A DNA stretch of 64,000 bases from Octopus vulgaris (Eukaryota), in the NCBI GenBank assembly GCA_951406725.2, contig OX597821.1:94674001-94738000 (forward strand), in the 5' to 3' direction. Below are positions 1 through 14,425 of the stretch, one piece after another. Under the pieces are notes generated by a model. The model ran no database searches and had not been told where the DNA came from. It was given only the letters and a program-made list of their open reading frames with translations. How positions within the stretch are numbered: the first letter of the stretch is position 1; every line of letters starts with the position of its first letter. The position numbers and the translations under genes are program-made.

Positions 1-513
1 TTCAACCATAACTTTGGCAGTGAAATTCAGCAGACGAAAATTGTGCGGAAACCCAATGTTTCATGTATATATATATGTATTTGTGTGTAGATATATATAT
101 ATATATGGGGGTATTTGTCTCCCCTTCGTAAATGTATATAAGGACACAGGAAAAATGTGTCAAAGCCATCAGGAGGCGTCGATGCTTCCTAGGGCTAAAC
201 AGCGGTGGTGTACCCCCCTACTGTCACGTTCGTGTTAGATTGACAGTATACAACCATTCTATATATATTCATTTATCTATATATTAATTTATAGATAATA
301 TATATTATCCATATATTAATTTATCTATATATTAATGTATGTGTGTATATAATGTGTGCGTGCGTGCGCATGTATATCTCATTCTGATTTATATAACAAA
401 GTGTATAAATATCAACGAGGTAAGAAAATACAACTATACGTTGCTAACCAAGTCCCGTGAAATATGCCTTTTTTATCGAATTACAGACATACTCTTATCA
501 GAAACAATACATA

Positions 514-812
514 GGAGCACTCCGTCGGTTGCGACGATGAGGGTCCCAGCTGATACGATCAACGGAACAGCTTGCTCGTGATATTTACGTGCAAGTGGCT
601 GAGCATTCCACAGACACGTGTACCCTTAACGTAGTTCTCGGGGAGATTCAGCGGGACACACAGGATGTGACAAGGCTGGCCCCTTGAAATACATGTACAA
701 GAGAAACAGGAAGAAAGAGTGAGAGAAAGTTGTGAAAGAGTACAGCAGGGTTCACCACCACCCACTGCCGGAGCCTCGTGGAGCTTTAGGTGTTTTCGCT
801 CAATAAACACTC
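514..812 (-). mobile_element. SINE family A, 5'-truncated copy (lacks tRNA head)
   Basis: Matches the body of the full copies at 15202, 25376 and 49573 (gcactccgtcggtt...ctcaataaacactc). Confidence 0.85.
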
Positions 813-1754
813 GAATTAACTCGGTGCTCAGAAGTACAATGAATCGTCAGCAGTAGATTTGAACGCATAACCTATCGCACATGAGCAAGTGGCCTACTAA
901 CCTGACCCACTCAGCCATAACATCCTATCGTCAGATATTATATGAGCCAATGTATAATAAAACATGACCATTTTCATTAGAGTGGAAATTTTTTTAATAA
1001 CTCTGCTGCTACTACTATTTCTATTTTTTTAGTACTTATGTATGTTAATCAGTGTTGACTAATTTACATTCCAGCCCAGTAACTATAATATATACAACGA
1101 AGAAAGAGAGGAGCCTCTTCGAAAGCTGGTCGGCTGACCTGCTAGAAACAACGGCTAAATCTCTTTCAAATGGCACGTTATGTTGTTGATTTTACACGCT
1201 TAAAATATAAGATCACATTGGACAGTGCTGTACACAATGCATAAAAACATGGAATGATCACCTAGGCTGGAGTGCATACGGTCACAGGTCTACTCCGTGA
1301 GGACTGAAGCGTATTCATACATACATACATACATACAAATGGATAAACTGGGATTTATAGATAAACTGGGATTTCGAAATGACAAATTGACCGGTTGATT
1401 CGTACATTACAAGTGTAATCTGTGAGTGGCACAGTAAAAATATGCAAGATTTTTCTCAAGTTCCAAATGTGAATTTGTCTGTGTTAACTACATCCCAAAG
1501 ATGGAGCCTTGTATCTTTATTGGAAAGTGGCTCCCTCCTCAGTAGAAGATTTATAATGATTTAAAAATAGAGACAAACATACTTAAAATCTGTACGTATA
1601 CATACATACATACATACATACATACATACATACATACACACATACAAAAATACCCTGTTGATGTTGTGGAAATTCCAGTGAAGGAGCCTTGGATCCACAT
1701 TGGAAACCGGCCCTTTCTCTATTGGCAAGAAATCTTGAAATAAATCTGAATAAG

Positions 1755-1755
<1 letters not shown>

Positions 1756-1785
<30 letters not shown>

Positions 1786-1937
1786 CATACATACATACGT
1801 ACGTACGTACGTACGTACGTACATACATACATACATACATACATACATACATACATACATACGTACGTACGTACGTACATACATACATACATACATACAT
1901 ACATACATACATACATACGTACGTACGTACATACATA
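1756..1937. repeat. (ACAT)n/(ACGT)n compound microsatellite
   Basis: Tandem tetranucleotides read directly. Confidence 0.95.
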
Positions 1938-1963
1938 TCATTTTTCCATCTTTTTTTTTTACA

Positions 1964-2330
1964 TTTTACTTGTTTCAGTCGCTAGACTTCGGCCATGCTG
2001 GAGCACTGACTCCAGTAAATTCAGTTCCATGACACAACCCTAGTACTTATTTTTTTTGTTTTTAAGCCGAGTACTTATTTCATCGGTTCTTTTACCGCAC
2101 CTTTATGATATAGGAACGTAAACACACCTACAACGGTTGTCATGCAGTGGTGGAGGGCAAACACGGGCAAGAAGACATGCACAGACACACAGACACACAG
2201 ACACACACGCACACATACTTACACACAAACATACGCAAACATACACGCAAGCACCACACACCCACACACACACACGAGCACGCACACACACGAGCACACA
2301 CACACACGAGCACACACACACACACGACGC

Positions 2331-2404
<74 letters not shown>
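1964..2404 (-). mobile_element. Diverged SINE family B 3' half running into a (CA)n microsatellite
   Basis: ttttacttgtttcagtc...ggccatgctggagcac...aacgtaaacacacc matches family B. Confidence 0.7.
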
Positions 2405-2406
<2 letters not shown>

Positions 2407-2409
2407 TGT

Positions 2410-2557
2410 GAATTCTTTTACAGGGTTCAGAAAAACTGAAGGGCAGCTGCAATAAGTGTGTGAATCTGAGAGTGAAATATATTGAATAAAATCATAATTA
2501 ACTGATCCTCCTATATTTTCTCATACCCGAAGCCAGGAACTTTCCAGCACTTCCTCG
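2410..2557 (+). mobile_element. Mariner 3' end with terminal inverted repeat
   Basis: Degenerate transposase C-terminus (KCV.L..KYIE*) followed by aagccaggaactttccagcac; related to 4271-5029 and 31192-31267. Confidence 0.65.
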
Positions 2558-3013
2558 GACACAGTATATATATTCGTATATATGTATGTATGTCATAAAA
2601 CTAAATTTACTCTAGTGACTGAAAGAAGTAAAATGTAAAAGAAAAAAGGTGAAAAAAATTATATGCATGTACGTACGTAGTTCGTACCTAAGTATGTATG
2701 CATGTATGTACTCACATATCCCTCCATCCCCCCCATCTATCCATGCATGCATACATACTTACATGCATATATAAGTTCGCGTGTGTGTGTTTTACATATA
2801 TATATATAAAATGATGATGTTGATGATGATGATGATGATGATGATGATTTGAGTAAAAGAACAGAAAAAAACATAGTGAGTGGGAGAGGTTTTAACAAAG
2901 GTGTTTTTAGTTTAACACTTGAAATGAAAAGGAAGGGAAAGGGACGTTAACGTGTCGGACGCTAGCCTTCACCTGAAAAAGCAAAGAAAGAAAAAGGAAG
3001 AAAAGTGTTATAC

Positions 3014-3087
<74 letters not shown>

Positions 3088-3671
3088 GGTGAAAGAAGTT
3101 GTGAGGGAGAGAGAGAAAAAAGATAGGGGAAAAGAGAGAGAGAGACATAATCAAGTTTTCCCAACGCAGATATTGATATATTGATGTATATATATAACTC
3201 TGGCCGAAATAAGATTAAGATTATGTAAAAAATAAATAACACTGAAGCAAAGTAACACCAAATATATAGTGCGTGTGTTTTTATTGGCTCTAACTGGCAA
3301 AATGACCATTCCAAAATATAACAATATATATGTATATATATATAAACTGGAGAGTGCGGTCAACGTTTGAAATGGGTGTGTAGCTTTTGCTTCGTGTCCA
3401 ATTGTATGTAAAGCTATGTACGCGTTTGAGATACGAAAAATTAAATTTATTTAAATGTATGTAAAGGACTCTCAGCTACCCACGAGGTATGTATGAAAAT
3501 TATTATCGGTATAATAGTTTTTAACATAAGCACAGCACCAGAAATGTGGGGATGGTATTGAGGGGACGCCAGTATTTGATTCAACTTAATTCATCGACCC
3601 TAAAATGATGACAGTCAAAGTAACCTGGGCAAGTTTGAACTAACAATGTACAGTGCCATTATTTGAGAAGT

Positions 3672-3921
3672 GATCACGTGACCGACCAGACCATCAGATG
3701 TTGTTACACATCGCTGGTCACAATGCGTTCGCATTGTTTTAGCCTTCGAATGACGCCACCCCGCTGGCTAAGCGAGCAGGCGAACAGAAGAAAGAGTGAG
3801 AGAGAGAGTGGTGAAAGAGTACAGCAGGTATCACCCCCCCCCCCTGCCGGAGCATCGTGGAGCTTTTAGGTGTTTTCGCTCAATAAACACTCACAACGCC
3901 CGGTCTGGGAATCGAAACCGC

Positions 3922-3957
<36 letters not shown>

Positions 3958-4017
3958 GTAGTAGTAGCAACAGAAAGAGGGATTTCGATTATCCCCACTA
4001 GGCCATTGCGCCTCCCC
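3672..4017 (-). mobile_element. tRNA-derived SINE with family A 5' half but a different 3' half; head interrupted by (TA)n/(GTA)n
   Basis: About 3785-3922 matches family A while 3672-3780 does not; flanks atttgagaagt (3661) and atttgagaggt (4018) are TSD-like. Confidence 0.75.
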
Positions 4018-4232
4018 ATTTGAGAGGTAGATAACTTAAATGATAATTCCGGCTTCTGTGAAGTCTGTATAGGCGCAGGCATAGCTCTGTGACAAGAAGT
4101 TTGCTTCCCAGGCATATGGTTTCGGTGCCAGTTCCCTGCATGACATCTTGAGCAATTGTCTTCTGCTATGACCCCGCGCCTACCAAAAGCATTGTGAGTG
4201 TATTTGTCGGAAACTGAAAGAAACCCGCTGTA

Positions 4233-4270
<38 letters not shown>

Positions 4271-4273
<3 letters not shown>

Positions 4274-5029
4274 AGGCGTGTTGAAAAGTTCCTGGCTTTA
4301 AGGTGTTGCGAAATGTCTTCTTAGAAGCACAACATTCTGAGTTCTTCTACAGGGTTAGGAAAACTGAAGAACCGCTGCAATAAATGGGAGAATCTGAGAG
4401 GGAAATATATTAGATAAATTCATAATTAACTGATCTCTTATATAAAATCCGTTCTGTCTGTCTGTCTGTGTGTGTGTCTTCTCGGGCATCCTCCATCCGA
4501 TTGCGCTCAGATTTGATATGTAGATACCGACGGTATCAGGGCGTGCATAACTCTTGAAAAAATTACAAAAATCGATTCCATTTGAGAATGCGATCGATAA
4601 AGCCGTTTTTGTCCTGCTTTTCTTCCGTCAACCTGTACATAACTGCACCTTCCATTTTTTGTTGTTTGTGTACTACCTAAAGGCCAAGCTTACTGTTTAA
4701 ACCATGTTTGTGTTCTCCCAGTCAACAGCCTTATCATTACTGGTACCTTAAACTCTTCGGTTACATATTTGTGTGAATAAAATCGTTTTTCTTTGGAATA
4801 GAAAAAAAGTCTATCTTTATTTCTTCTTTTGCTGTTGTCTCAAATTTAGGTTAAATCAGTGTTTCTCAAAGGGGAGGCCTATGGGACGATTGGACAAGTT
4901 GTTTTGAGAAAATTTGGTTTAAATGTTTGACAACTCAGCACCGTCCATTGGACGGGCGGGGGGGGGGCGTTTTGCTCGTCCTCCTATATTTTCTTTTACC
5001 CAAAGCCAGGAACTTTGAGTATCCTTTCG
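4271..5029 (+). mobile_element. Mariner-derived MITE (internally deleted), TA-flanked
   Basis: TIRs gaaaagttcctggcttt / aaagccaggaacttt, TA on both sides, interior similar to 2410-2557. Confidence 0.7.
4434..4978 (+). mobile_element. Non-autonomous Helitron
   Basis: Inserted between A and T of tga|tcctcc (uninterrupted in the 2500 copy); starts TC; 3' hairpin ccgtcca-t-tggacgg (4941-4955); ends CTCG (degenerate CTRR). Confidence 0.7.
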
Positions 5030-5861
5030 TATGTATATGTCTGAGTTCGTGTCTCATACCGCTACTAGACAACTGTTGTTGATATGTTTACGTCCCAGTC
5101 AGTTAGCAGTTCGGTTAAAGAGACCGATAAAATGCGTACCAGACTTTGAAAAAATAAGTACTTGGGTTGATTTGTTCGACTAAAATCCTTGCATGGCCGC
5201 AGTGCAGTGACTGAAACAAATAAGAAATAAAAAGAAAATCATCATTACGTATAAATAAAGTATAAGACCATGGTATGTGAGCGTTTAGGTGTATTTAATA
5301 TGGGAGGGAGCAGTCAATGAGTGATAGGTCCTCGAAATATACTGGTTATTTCAGGGGCAGGTAATTCAGTTAAGCGTACAACTGAATCTTCATCGTCGAC
5401 ATCAACGGAAATTTACTCACGTTATACTACTCATCCTCGAGCATGAAACAGCAATATCATTAAAAATCTACATTAAATCATACATCGACCAATGAGGCAT
5501 GAACGCCCCAGTTTCAACTGCCTTCGACAGCATTTGAACTCTGAACGTAAAGGGAAGCAGCTAAATATTGCAACGCTTTAACGCTTCTTTTAATCCACCC
5601 TCTTATAGAGCAGATAAGAGAGACTGAATGATATTTGTGCATTCCCTAGTAAATTTTAACGTAAATTTGATAAGGTCTTAATCGGGAATCGAAACCGTTT
5701 CACTGTTTTCCTGTCTATTTATTGTTTAACCATTGGCTCCATAACATACATCATTTCTACGAAAGGAAGAAAGTGTGACATTTCACCGGGAATATAATAT
5801 TTCGTCAGATATCGTAACTTTCAATTTTGAATTCTTTCTTTCTTCCCCACCCCACCCCCTT

Positions 5862-5905
<44 letters not shown>

Positions 5906-6056
5906 ACCCCTGTCTCTCCTCTCTCTCTCTCTTTCCATCCTTTCCTACGAGTGTGTGTCCAATGTGTGTATATTCTGCTAATTGGCTAATTAACTATTTT
6001 TAACTGTACGATAACACTTTTGTTCAGTATTTCATCCAATAAAGAAATGTATTATA

Positions 6057-6092
<36 letters not shown>

Positions 6093-6229
6093 TGAGAAAG
6101 TCAGAACTGTTTTCTTAATATTTCATTTAGCCTTTAACTTTCACTCCTCTAGGGCCAATTAAATGCAGTTCTGGGAATTAATTAAATCGAATATACTCTT
6201 TCACTGAATTAGTTTGTCTTCTTGTGCTA

Positions 6230-6715
6230 AAGCTAGACAGGAATCTGACATACATGCACCACCTATAATGAAACTGATACAGAATTTGAAGTTAGGAGGA
6301 ACTGGTATAAGGGTAGATATGATTAGTCTGGTACCTAGAACTACACAGGGTGTAATAAATCATACTAATTTAGTAGCTAGGAACTGAGAAGTAGATAATC
6401 TGGTAATGAAATCTTGAAAACTAGCTTAACTAAATCGGTTTTATATGAGGTACCGCGATCCTGATAACTATGTAAACTTGACCAAAATAGTCTGATGCCT
6501 AGATTCTGACAAGGTGAGCTAAACCAGATTTATCTTGTGCCTGTAATCTGACAAGTAGCTAAACTAAACCGGAACGGAATTAACCTAGCACCTTGGTACC
6601 GACAAATAGGTGAACTAACAAGATTGACTGGTATCTAGATTCCGACAAGATGAACTAAATATGATTAATTTTATAACTCTCTCCGGGCAAGTACGTAAAC
6701 TAAACTACATCTATT
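6230..6715. repeat. Highly degenerate ~42-47 bp minisatellite (about 10 units)
   Basis: Recurring ctggtacctag..ctgacaag..aactaaa..gatt motif. Confidence 0.6.
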
Positions 6716-6725
6716 TGTTATCTAT

Positions 6726-7117
6726 TACTCTCTTTTACTCTTTTACTTGTTTCAGTCATTTGACTGCGGCCATGCTGGAGCACCGCCTTTAGTCGAGCAA
6801 ATCGACCCCAGGGCTTATTCTTTGTAAGCCCAGTACTTATTCTATCGGTCTCTTTTTGCCGAACCGCTAAGTTACGGGGACGTAAACACACCACCATCGG
6901 TTGTCAAGCAATGCTAGGGGGACAAACACACACACACAAACACACATACACACATATATATATATATACATATATACGACAAGCTTCTTTCAGTTTCCGT
7001 CTACCAAATCCACTCACAAGGCCCGGGGCTATAGCAGAAGACACTTGCCCAAGGTGCCACGCAGTGTGACTGAACCCGGAACCATGTGGTTGGTTAGCAA
7101 GCTACTTACCACACAGC
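6726..7117 (-). mobile_element. SINE family B (tRNA head, CORE-like segment, internal TA/CA microsatellite, GAGTAAAA tail)
   Basis: Near-identical to many copies in the window. Confidence 0.9.
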
Positions 7118-7125
7118 GCGCGTGT

Positions 7126-7194
<69 letters not shown>

Positions 7195-8365
7195 TGTGTG
7201 TGCGTGCGTATGTTTGTGTATGTATTCCGCTGACCCATATCGACAATATATATAAACAACAGCGGCAAAATAAAAGAAAAAAAACCCATCTGCGCTTTTA
7301 CGAATAAAGAACCATGATTTATGTTTTCTATATCGAGTTACAAATACTCCCTTGTGAGAAATCAAATAAACCAGTGACTGGTTTATGGAAACTTGTAACC
7401 AATGACCGTATTTATCAACTACAATATTAAGTTATGACTTGGTGAATTAAAGCAGTGTTGGATAATGTGTTCTGTCCAGATACACAAGGAAGCGACAGCA
7501 GCAAATTTGAACACATCACCTGCGGTTTATGAAGCGGTGGCCTACTGACCTAATCCACTCTGTCATCTCACCTCTGTGTGATGACACCATCATCAGATAA
7601 CATATGAATCATAAACGGTTTTAATAGAGGAGAATGTTTAATTATTCTACTTCTCCTGCTGTTGCTAATATTTATTATTAACACAAATTATGTAAGTGTT
7701 GAGTAATTTAGTTCATCCAATTAACGTTCCAACCCGATTGCTATGTAATATATACGATGAACCAAAAGAGGAGAATCTTCGACAGTTGGTCATTTAACCC
7801 GCTAAAAATAGCGGTAAAATTTCCTTCAGTGAAATTTTAGGTCGGTATTTAAGAGAGATTTATGTTACACAATTAAAACAAATAGAAATATGTTAGAAAG
7901 TGCTGTCAAAAATGTGCGAAGGAAAACGTCGGGATGATGGTCACGGCAAGAATAACTTTGTTCATAAATCTACTAGATCAGGGATGACCTTGAATTGATG
8001 GGTCTGAACTAAATATGTCTTATATCATTTCCTGTATCAATGCAGATATTTTTCTATTCTGGTCTATTCTGCTATGATAAGTTTTCAGTACAGGCACGAG
8101 TGACAATATCAGACTGCATATATTATTCTGATTTGTATTAAAACTATATACTTTTTTATCTTTTACTGGTTTCAGTCATTTGACTGTGGCGATGATGAGG
8201 CAAACACCTTGATGTGTCTTGTCGAACAAATCGATCGAGGTAACTCTTTTTAAGCCTGATACCTATTCTGTATACGGGGACGCAAACAAACAAGCACCTG
8301 TTGTCAAGCGGTGATGGGGGACAAACATAAAGACACATAGGTATAAACGGCGGGCTTCACGCAAA

Positions 8366-8399
<34 letters not shown>

Positions 8400-8413
8400 A
8401 TATATATATATAT

Positions 8414-8818
8414 AGGCGCAGCACTGGCTGTGTGATAAGTAGCTTGCTTATCAACCACATGGTTCCGGGTTCATTCCCACTGCGTGGCACCTTGAGCAAG
8501 TGTCTTCTACTAAAGCCTCGGGCCAACCAAAGCCTTGTGAGTGGATTTGTTAGACGGGAACTGAAAGAAGCCCGTCGTCTAAATGTATATGTATATAAGT
8601 ACGTGTCTATGTTTGTGTGTCTGTTTTTGTCCCACCAACATCGCTTGACAACCGATGCTGGTGTGTTTACGTCCCCGTAACTTAGTGGTTCAACAAAAGA
8701 GACCGATAGAATAAGTACTAGGCTTCTAAAGAATAACTCCTGGGGTCGATTTGCACGATTAAGGCGGTGCTCCAGCATGGTCGCAGTCAAATGACTGGAA
8801 CAAGTAAAAGAGAAAAGA
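8414..8818 (+). mobile_element. SINE family B, full length
   Basis: aggcgcagcactggctgtgtg...ggttccgggttca...caccttgagcaagtgtcttc...acaagtaaaagag. Confidence 0.9.
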
Positions 8819-8918
8819 TAATATATATATATATATATATATAAAACTTGCCTCATTTTTCTATTTCAATCTGACCGCCCATTTATTTGCTGTTGTTGTT
8901 TTTAGTATTAGTATAATT

Positions 8919-9358
8919 AAGGCAGCGAGTTGACAGATCCCTTCCTGTTACGGTTAAAATGTTTGACGGTATTCCTTCCGGCTCTTTACGTCCGAAGTTC
9001 GAATTCCACCGAGGTCGACTTTGCTTTTATCTTTTTCAAATCGATAAAATAAGTACCAGCAGAGCATTGGGTTCGATGTAATCGACTAGCCCCTTCCCCT
9101 AAAGTTTCAGCCCTTGTGCCTAATGCAGAAAGTACTATTCAATCCTAAAGACAGCAAGCTGGCAGATTCGTTACCAAGCCGATTAAAATGCTTGGCGGCA
9201 CTTCTCCAGGCTCTTTATGTCCTAAGTTCTAATTCCGCCGATATCGCTTTTGCCCTTCGTCCTTTTCGGATCGAAAAAATAAGTGCCAGTTGAGCACTAA
9301 GATCTATGTAATCGAATTCTATTCTCTTTAAAATAACTGCTGACCTTATACCAAACTC
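8919..9358 (+). mobile_element. Two diverged tandem copies of SINE family C
   Basis: aaggcagcgagttgacag and cagcaagctggcag heads with ttt.cc.tt..tccttt..tcga.aaaataagt.ccag cores. Confidence 0.7.
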
Positions 9359-9381
9359 AGAAACGAAGTGTTACTTAGTTC

Positions 9382-9982
9382 AAGGCGGCGAGCTGGCAGA
9401 AACGTTAGCACGCCGGGCGAAGTGCTTAGCGGTATTTCGTCTGCCGTTACGTTCTGAGTTCAAATTTCGCCGTGGTCAATTTGCCTTTCCTCCTTTCGGG
9501 GTCGATAAATTAAGTACTAGTTACGCACTAGGGTCGATGTAATCGACTTAATCCCTTTGTCTGTGCTTGTTTGTCCTCTCTGTGTTTAGCCCCCTGTGGA
9601 TAATAAAGAAATAGGTATTTCGTCTGCCGTTACGTTCTGAGTTCAAATTCTGCCCAGGTCGACTTTGCCTTTCATCCTTTCGGGGTCGATTAAATAAGTG
9701 CCATTTACGCACTAGGGTTGATATAATCAACTTACTCCGTTTGTCTGTCCTTGTTTGTCCTCTCTGGGTTTAGCCCCTTGTGGGTAGTAAAGAAATAGGT
9801 ATTTCGTCTGCCGTTACGTTCTGAGTTCAAATTCCGCCGAGATCGACTTTGCCTTTCATCCTTTCGGGGTTCGATAAATTTAGCACCATTTACGCACTGG
9901 GGTCGTTGTAATCGACTTAATCCCTTTGTCTCTCCTTGTTTGTCCCCTCTATGTTTAGCCCCTTGAGGGCAATAAAGAAATA
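9382..9982 (+). mobile_element. SINE family C (MetaSINE-like core) head-to-tail trimer with a 23-bp TSD
   Basis: One full unit and two 5'-truncated units; TSD agaaac(g/a)aagtgttacttagttc at 9359-9381 and 9983-10005. Confidence 0.9.
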
Positions 9983-10858
9983 AGAAACAAAGTGTTACTT
10001 AGTTCTGGATCATCTCGCATCGAACTGATCTACGATGAAGTACATTCCAGCTATTACCTTTCCTCCTGATTGCACACCATAAACAATATTGTATATGTTC
10101 TGTCTGTATCTATTATTATTATTATTTTTGGTGGGGGGATGTTAAGGAACAACAATAAAACATGTCCGTTGATCTATTTTTGACATGACATACACTGTCT
10201 TTATTTGCATTAATTTTGAAAAATCTTGCCTTTCTCAGTATAGAAACATTTCTCATAAGGTCAGACTCCAATGTGAATAGGGTATCTTTTCTAGCACAAC
10301 GAAAAACTACGTGGATGTTCCCATGTCGACAACAACTGGATCTGTATGTTGGTTGTCATTCGCTTCAAGATAAAGATTCCCTTCTTAATCTTGTAATTCT
10401 TTATCGAATTTTTCGAAAGATGCTCGTTTTATCAACTAATGTGTTTTCTATCTAATTTTAATGTGTTTAATGTGTTGTAATGGCTCCTTGTCGTGTGTCC
10501 ATTAAATGTACAAATGGGTTACAAAAAAATGGTGAAAGGGAGAAAGAAATAAGGAAATAGTAGGATATAAATACACAAATACACACAGACACACACACAC
10601 ACACACATACACACACACACACACATATATATATGTATAAGGAAGTAGAGAAATACGAGCAATGAGAGAGAGAGAGAAAGAAATAGAGGAATATAGGGAG
10701 AGAACTAGAGGGAGAATCAGATTGAGAAATATTAGGATAAAAAGAGGTAGAAAGAAAGAGAAATTTGTGGAGTGAGTGAGAGAGAGAGAGACAGACAGAC
10801 AGACACACAGAGAAGGAGGGAGAAAGTAGAGGAATACTGGGAGATCAAGAGAAAAAGG

Positions 10859-10859
<1 letters not shown>

Positions 10860-10941
<82 letters not shown>

Positions 10942-11090
10942 ATGAAAGAATGAAAGAAAGAAAGAAAGAAAGAAAGAAAGAAAAAAAGGAAGAAGGAAGG
11001 AAAGAAAGAAAGAAAGAAAGACAGAAAGAAAGAAAGAAAGAAAGAAAGAAGGAAAGAAAGAAAGGACAAGGCAAGAAAGAAAGGGAAACA
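10860..11090. repeat. (AGAT)n/(AAAG)n microsatellite
   Basis: Read directly. Confidence 0.95.
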
Positions 11091-11839
11091 AAGAAGAGGA
11101 ATGGCAGAGAGAGTCTGAGGGAGAAAGGATTAGTAGGTAGTGGGGAGGTATACCAAAGGAAAGTTACATGGTATGGTATAAGCCAATGGAAAAATCTCTA
11201 AGTGGCTACCTGACATGCAAGAAATAGCAGCCAAATATCCCTGAAATCGCACTTCATGAGGCTTGGAAAAGGAACACCTGATGAAGTGTACTTCCCTAAC
11301 AAGATAAGATGGTCATAACTGGAGCATCTTTGACTAAAGAACAGTAATAACAATCATGGAAAAAGTAATATATAGCTGTTCTCATACTATTTATATACAC
11401 TCATTGAAGTCCATAGGAAAGAATGAGCATCACAACTTCTCCATGTTGTAAGATCTTGTATTGTTGTTGAGTGTCTTTGTTCATGCTAAATTATAATCAC
11501 AATGATCAATAGCTCTTTACACCATCGAATTGTTAGAAACGCCATATCGATGTATCTGCTACAGCGTGTGTATAGATATTGGTATACTTACATATGTATA
11601 TATAACGGTGTGAGTATTTGTATGTGGTGGGGTGTGAACCCTTTCTATGCATTTGGTTGTAAATCTACATGTATGTGTGTGCTTTGTGTCTACATCTGTT
11701 TGCACATATGTAAATATGTATATGTAATGGTGAGTGTATTTGAGTACGGTGATGAGTATACCTTTGTATATACCTGTTTGTCTACGTATGTGTGTATGTA
11801 TGTACCTCTGTATCCATGAGTTTTTGCACATGAGTAAGT

Positions 11840-13106
<1,267 letters not shown>

Positions 13107-13247
13107 TATATATATATATATATATATATAAGAGGTATACCAAGGAAAAATTACATGGTATAGTATAAACTAATGGAAACGTCTCTAAGTTTCTGCCTGA
13201 CATGCAAGAAATAGCAACCAAATATCCCTGAAATCGCACTCCAAAAA

Positions 13248-13285
13248 CTGCCCGACGGACGGGAACGTGAAACTCAGAGTAACAG
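13248..13285 (+). ncRNA. Degenerate type I hammerhead motif
   Basis: CUGC CCGACGG ACG-GGAA-CGU GAAA CUC-A-GAG UA ACAG; the core carries substitutions relative to CUGANGA. Confidence 0.4.
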
Positions 13286-13380
13286 GTTTTGTTGAATTTT
13301 CTGCTGCTTTTAAATAAAGCATATACTCTACCACGGGTATTTGAGTACTACCTTGTTTCACATTTATGTGTTTACTGCGG

Positions 13381-13434
<54 letters not shown>

Positions 13435-13807
13435 GATGCGTACACATCATATGCATGTGAGCTAAGCGTGTGTGTATGCATGTGGATTTGTGTTCACGCA
13501 TGTACATGTTCTTGCATGTTCAAGTGTGTGTGTTTGTCTGTGTGCGCGTGCATGTGTGTATCTATGTTAGTATATGCATAGGAGAATAAGAGTGTGTGTA
13601 ACATATCCACGTACCTCTGTTTGTGCATGTTTTCTCTTTCTCTCCCCCTGTCTCAGTATACAAATGTGTGTATGTGTGTATGTGTGTATGCATGTGTGTG
13701 TGTGTGTGTATGTATGTGTGTGTGTGTTGTTCAGACATCACTTCTAAAAACACTTATGCATGTGACATGCATTTTATAGAAGCATTAGAATATATTGATT
13801 TCTCGTA

Positions 13808-13864
13808 ATGATGATAATGATGGTGCTGCTTCAACTGCTGCTGCTGCTGCTGCTCTGCTGGTGA

Positions 13865-13898
<34 letters not shown>

Positions 13899-14113
13899 GG
13901 TGGTGGTGGTGGTGGTATTGGTGGTTGTGGTGGTGGTGGTGGTGGTGGTGGTGGTGGTGGTGGTGGTAGTTGTGGTGGTGGTAGTTGTGGTGGTGGTGGT
14001 GGTGGTGGTGGTGATGATGATAACAGTGGTGGTGGGCTGGTGGTGATGCTGGCACTGGAGCTGGTGGTTTTGGTGCCGGTGGCTCAAGGCCACCCATAAC
14101 AACGACAATAACA

Positions 14114-14178
<65 letters not shown>

Positions 14179-14213
14179 CAACAATGATAATAATAATGAT
14201 AATAATAATAATG

Positions 14214-14247
<34 letters not shown>

Positions 14248-14360
14248 TAATAATAATAATAATAATAATAATGATGATAATAACAATAATAATAATAATA
14301 ATAATAATGATAATAACAATAATAATATAAAAAAAATAATAATAATATTAAAAAAATAAC

Positions 14361-14425
<65 letters not shown>

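Larger units (their letters stand above)
4071..5235 (+). mobile_element. Old SINE family B split by nested insertions (5' half 4071-4270, 3' half 5031-5235)
   Basis: aggcgcaggcatagctctgtg head, and tail gtgactgaaacaaataag, on either side of a mariner MITE. Confidence 0.7.

Noticed and set aside
9382-9982. CRISPR-like array
   Set aside because: Whole ~185-230 bp units repeat with no unique spacers and no cas genes, in a eukaryotic context.
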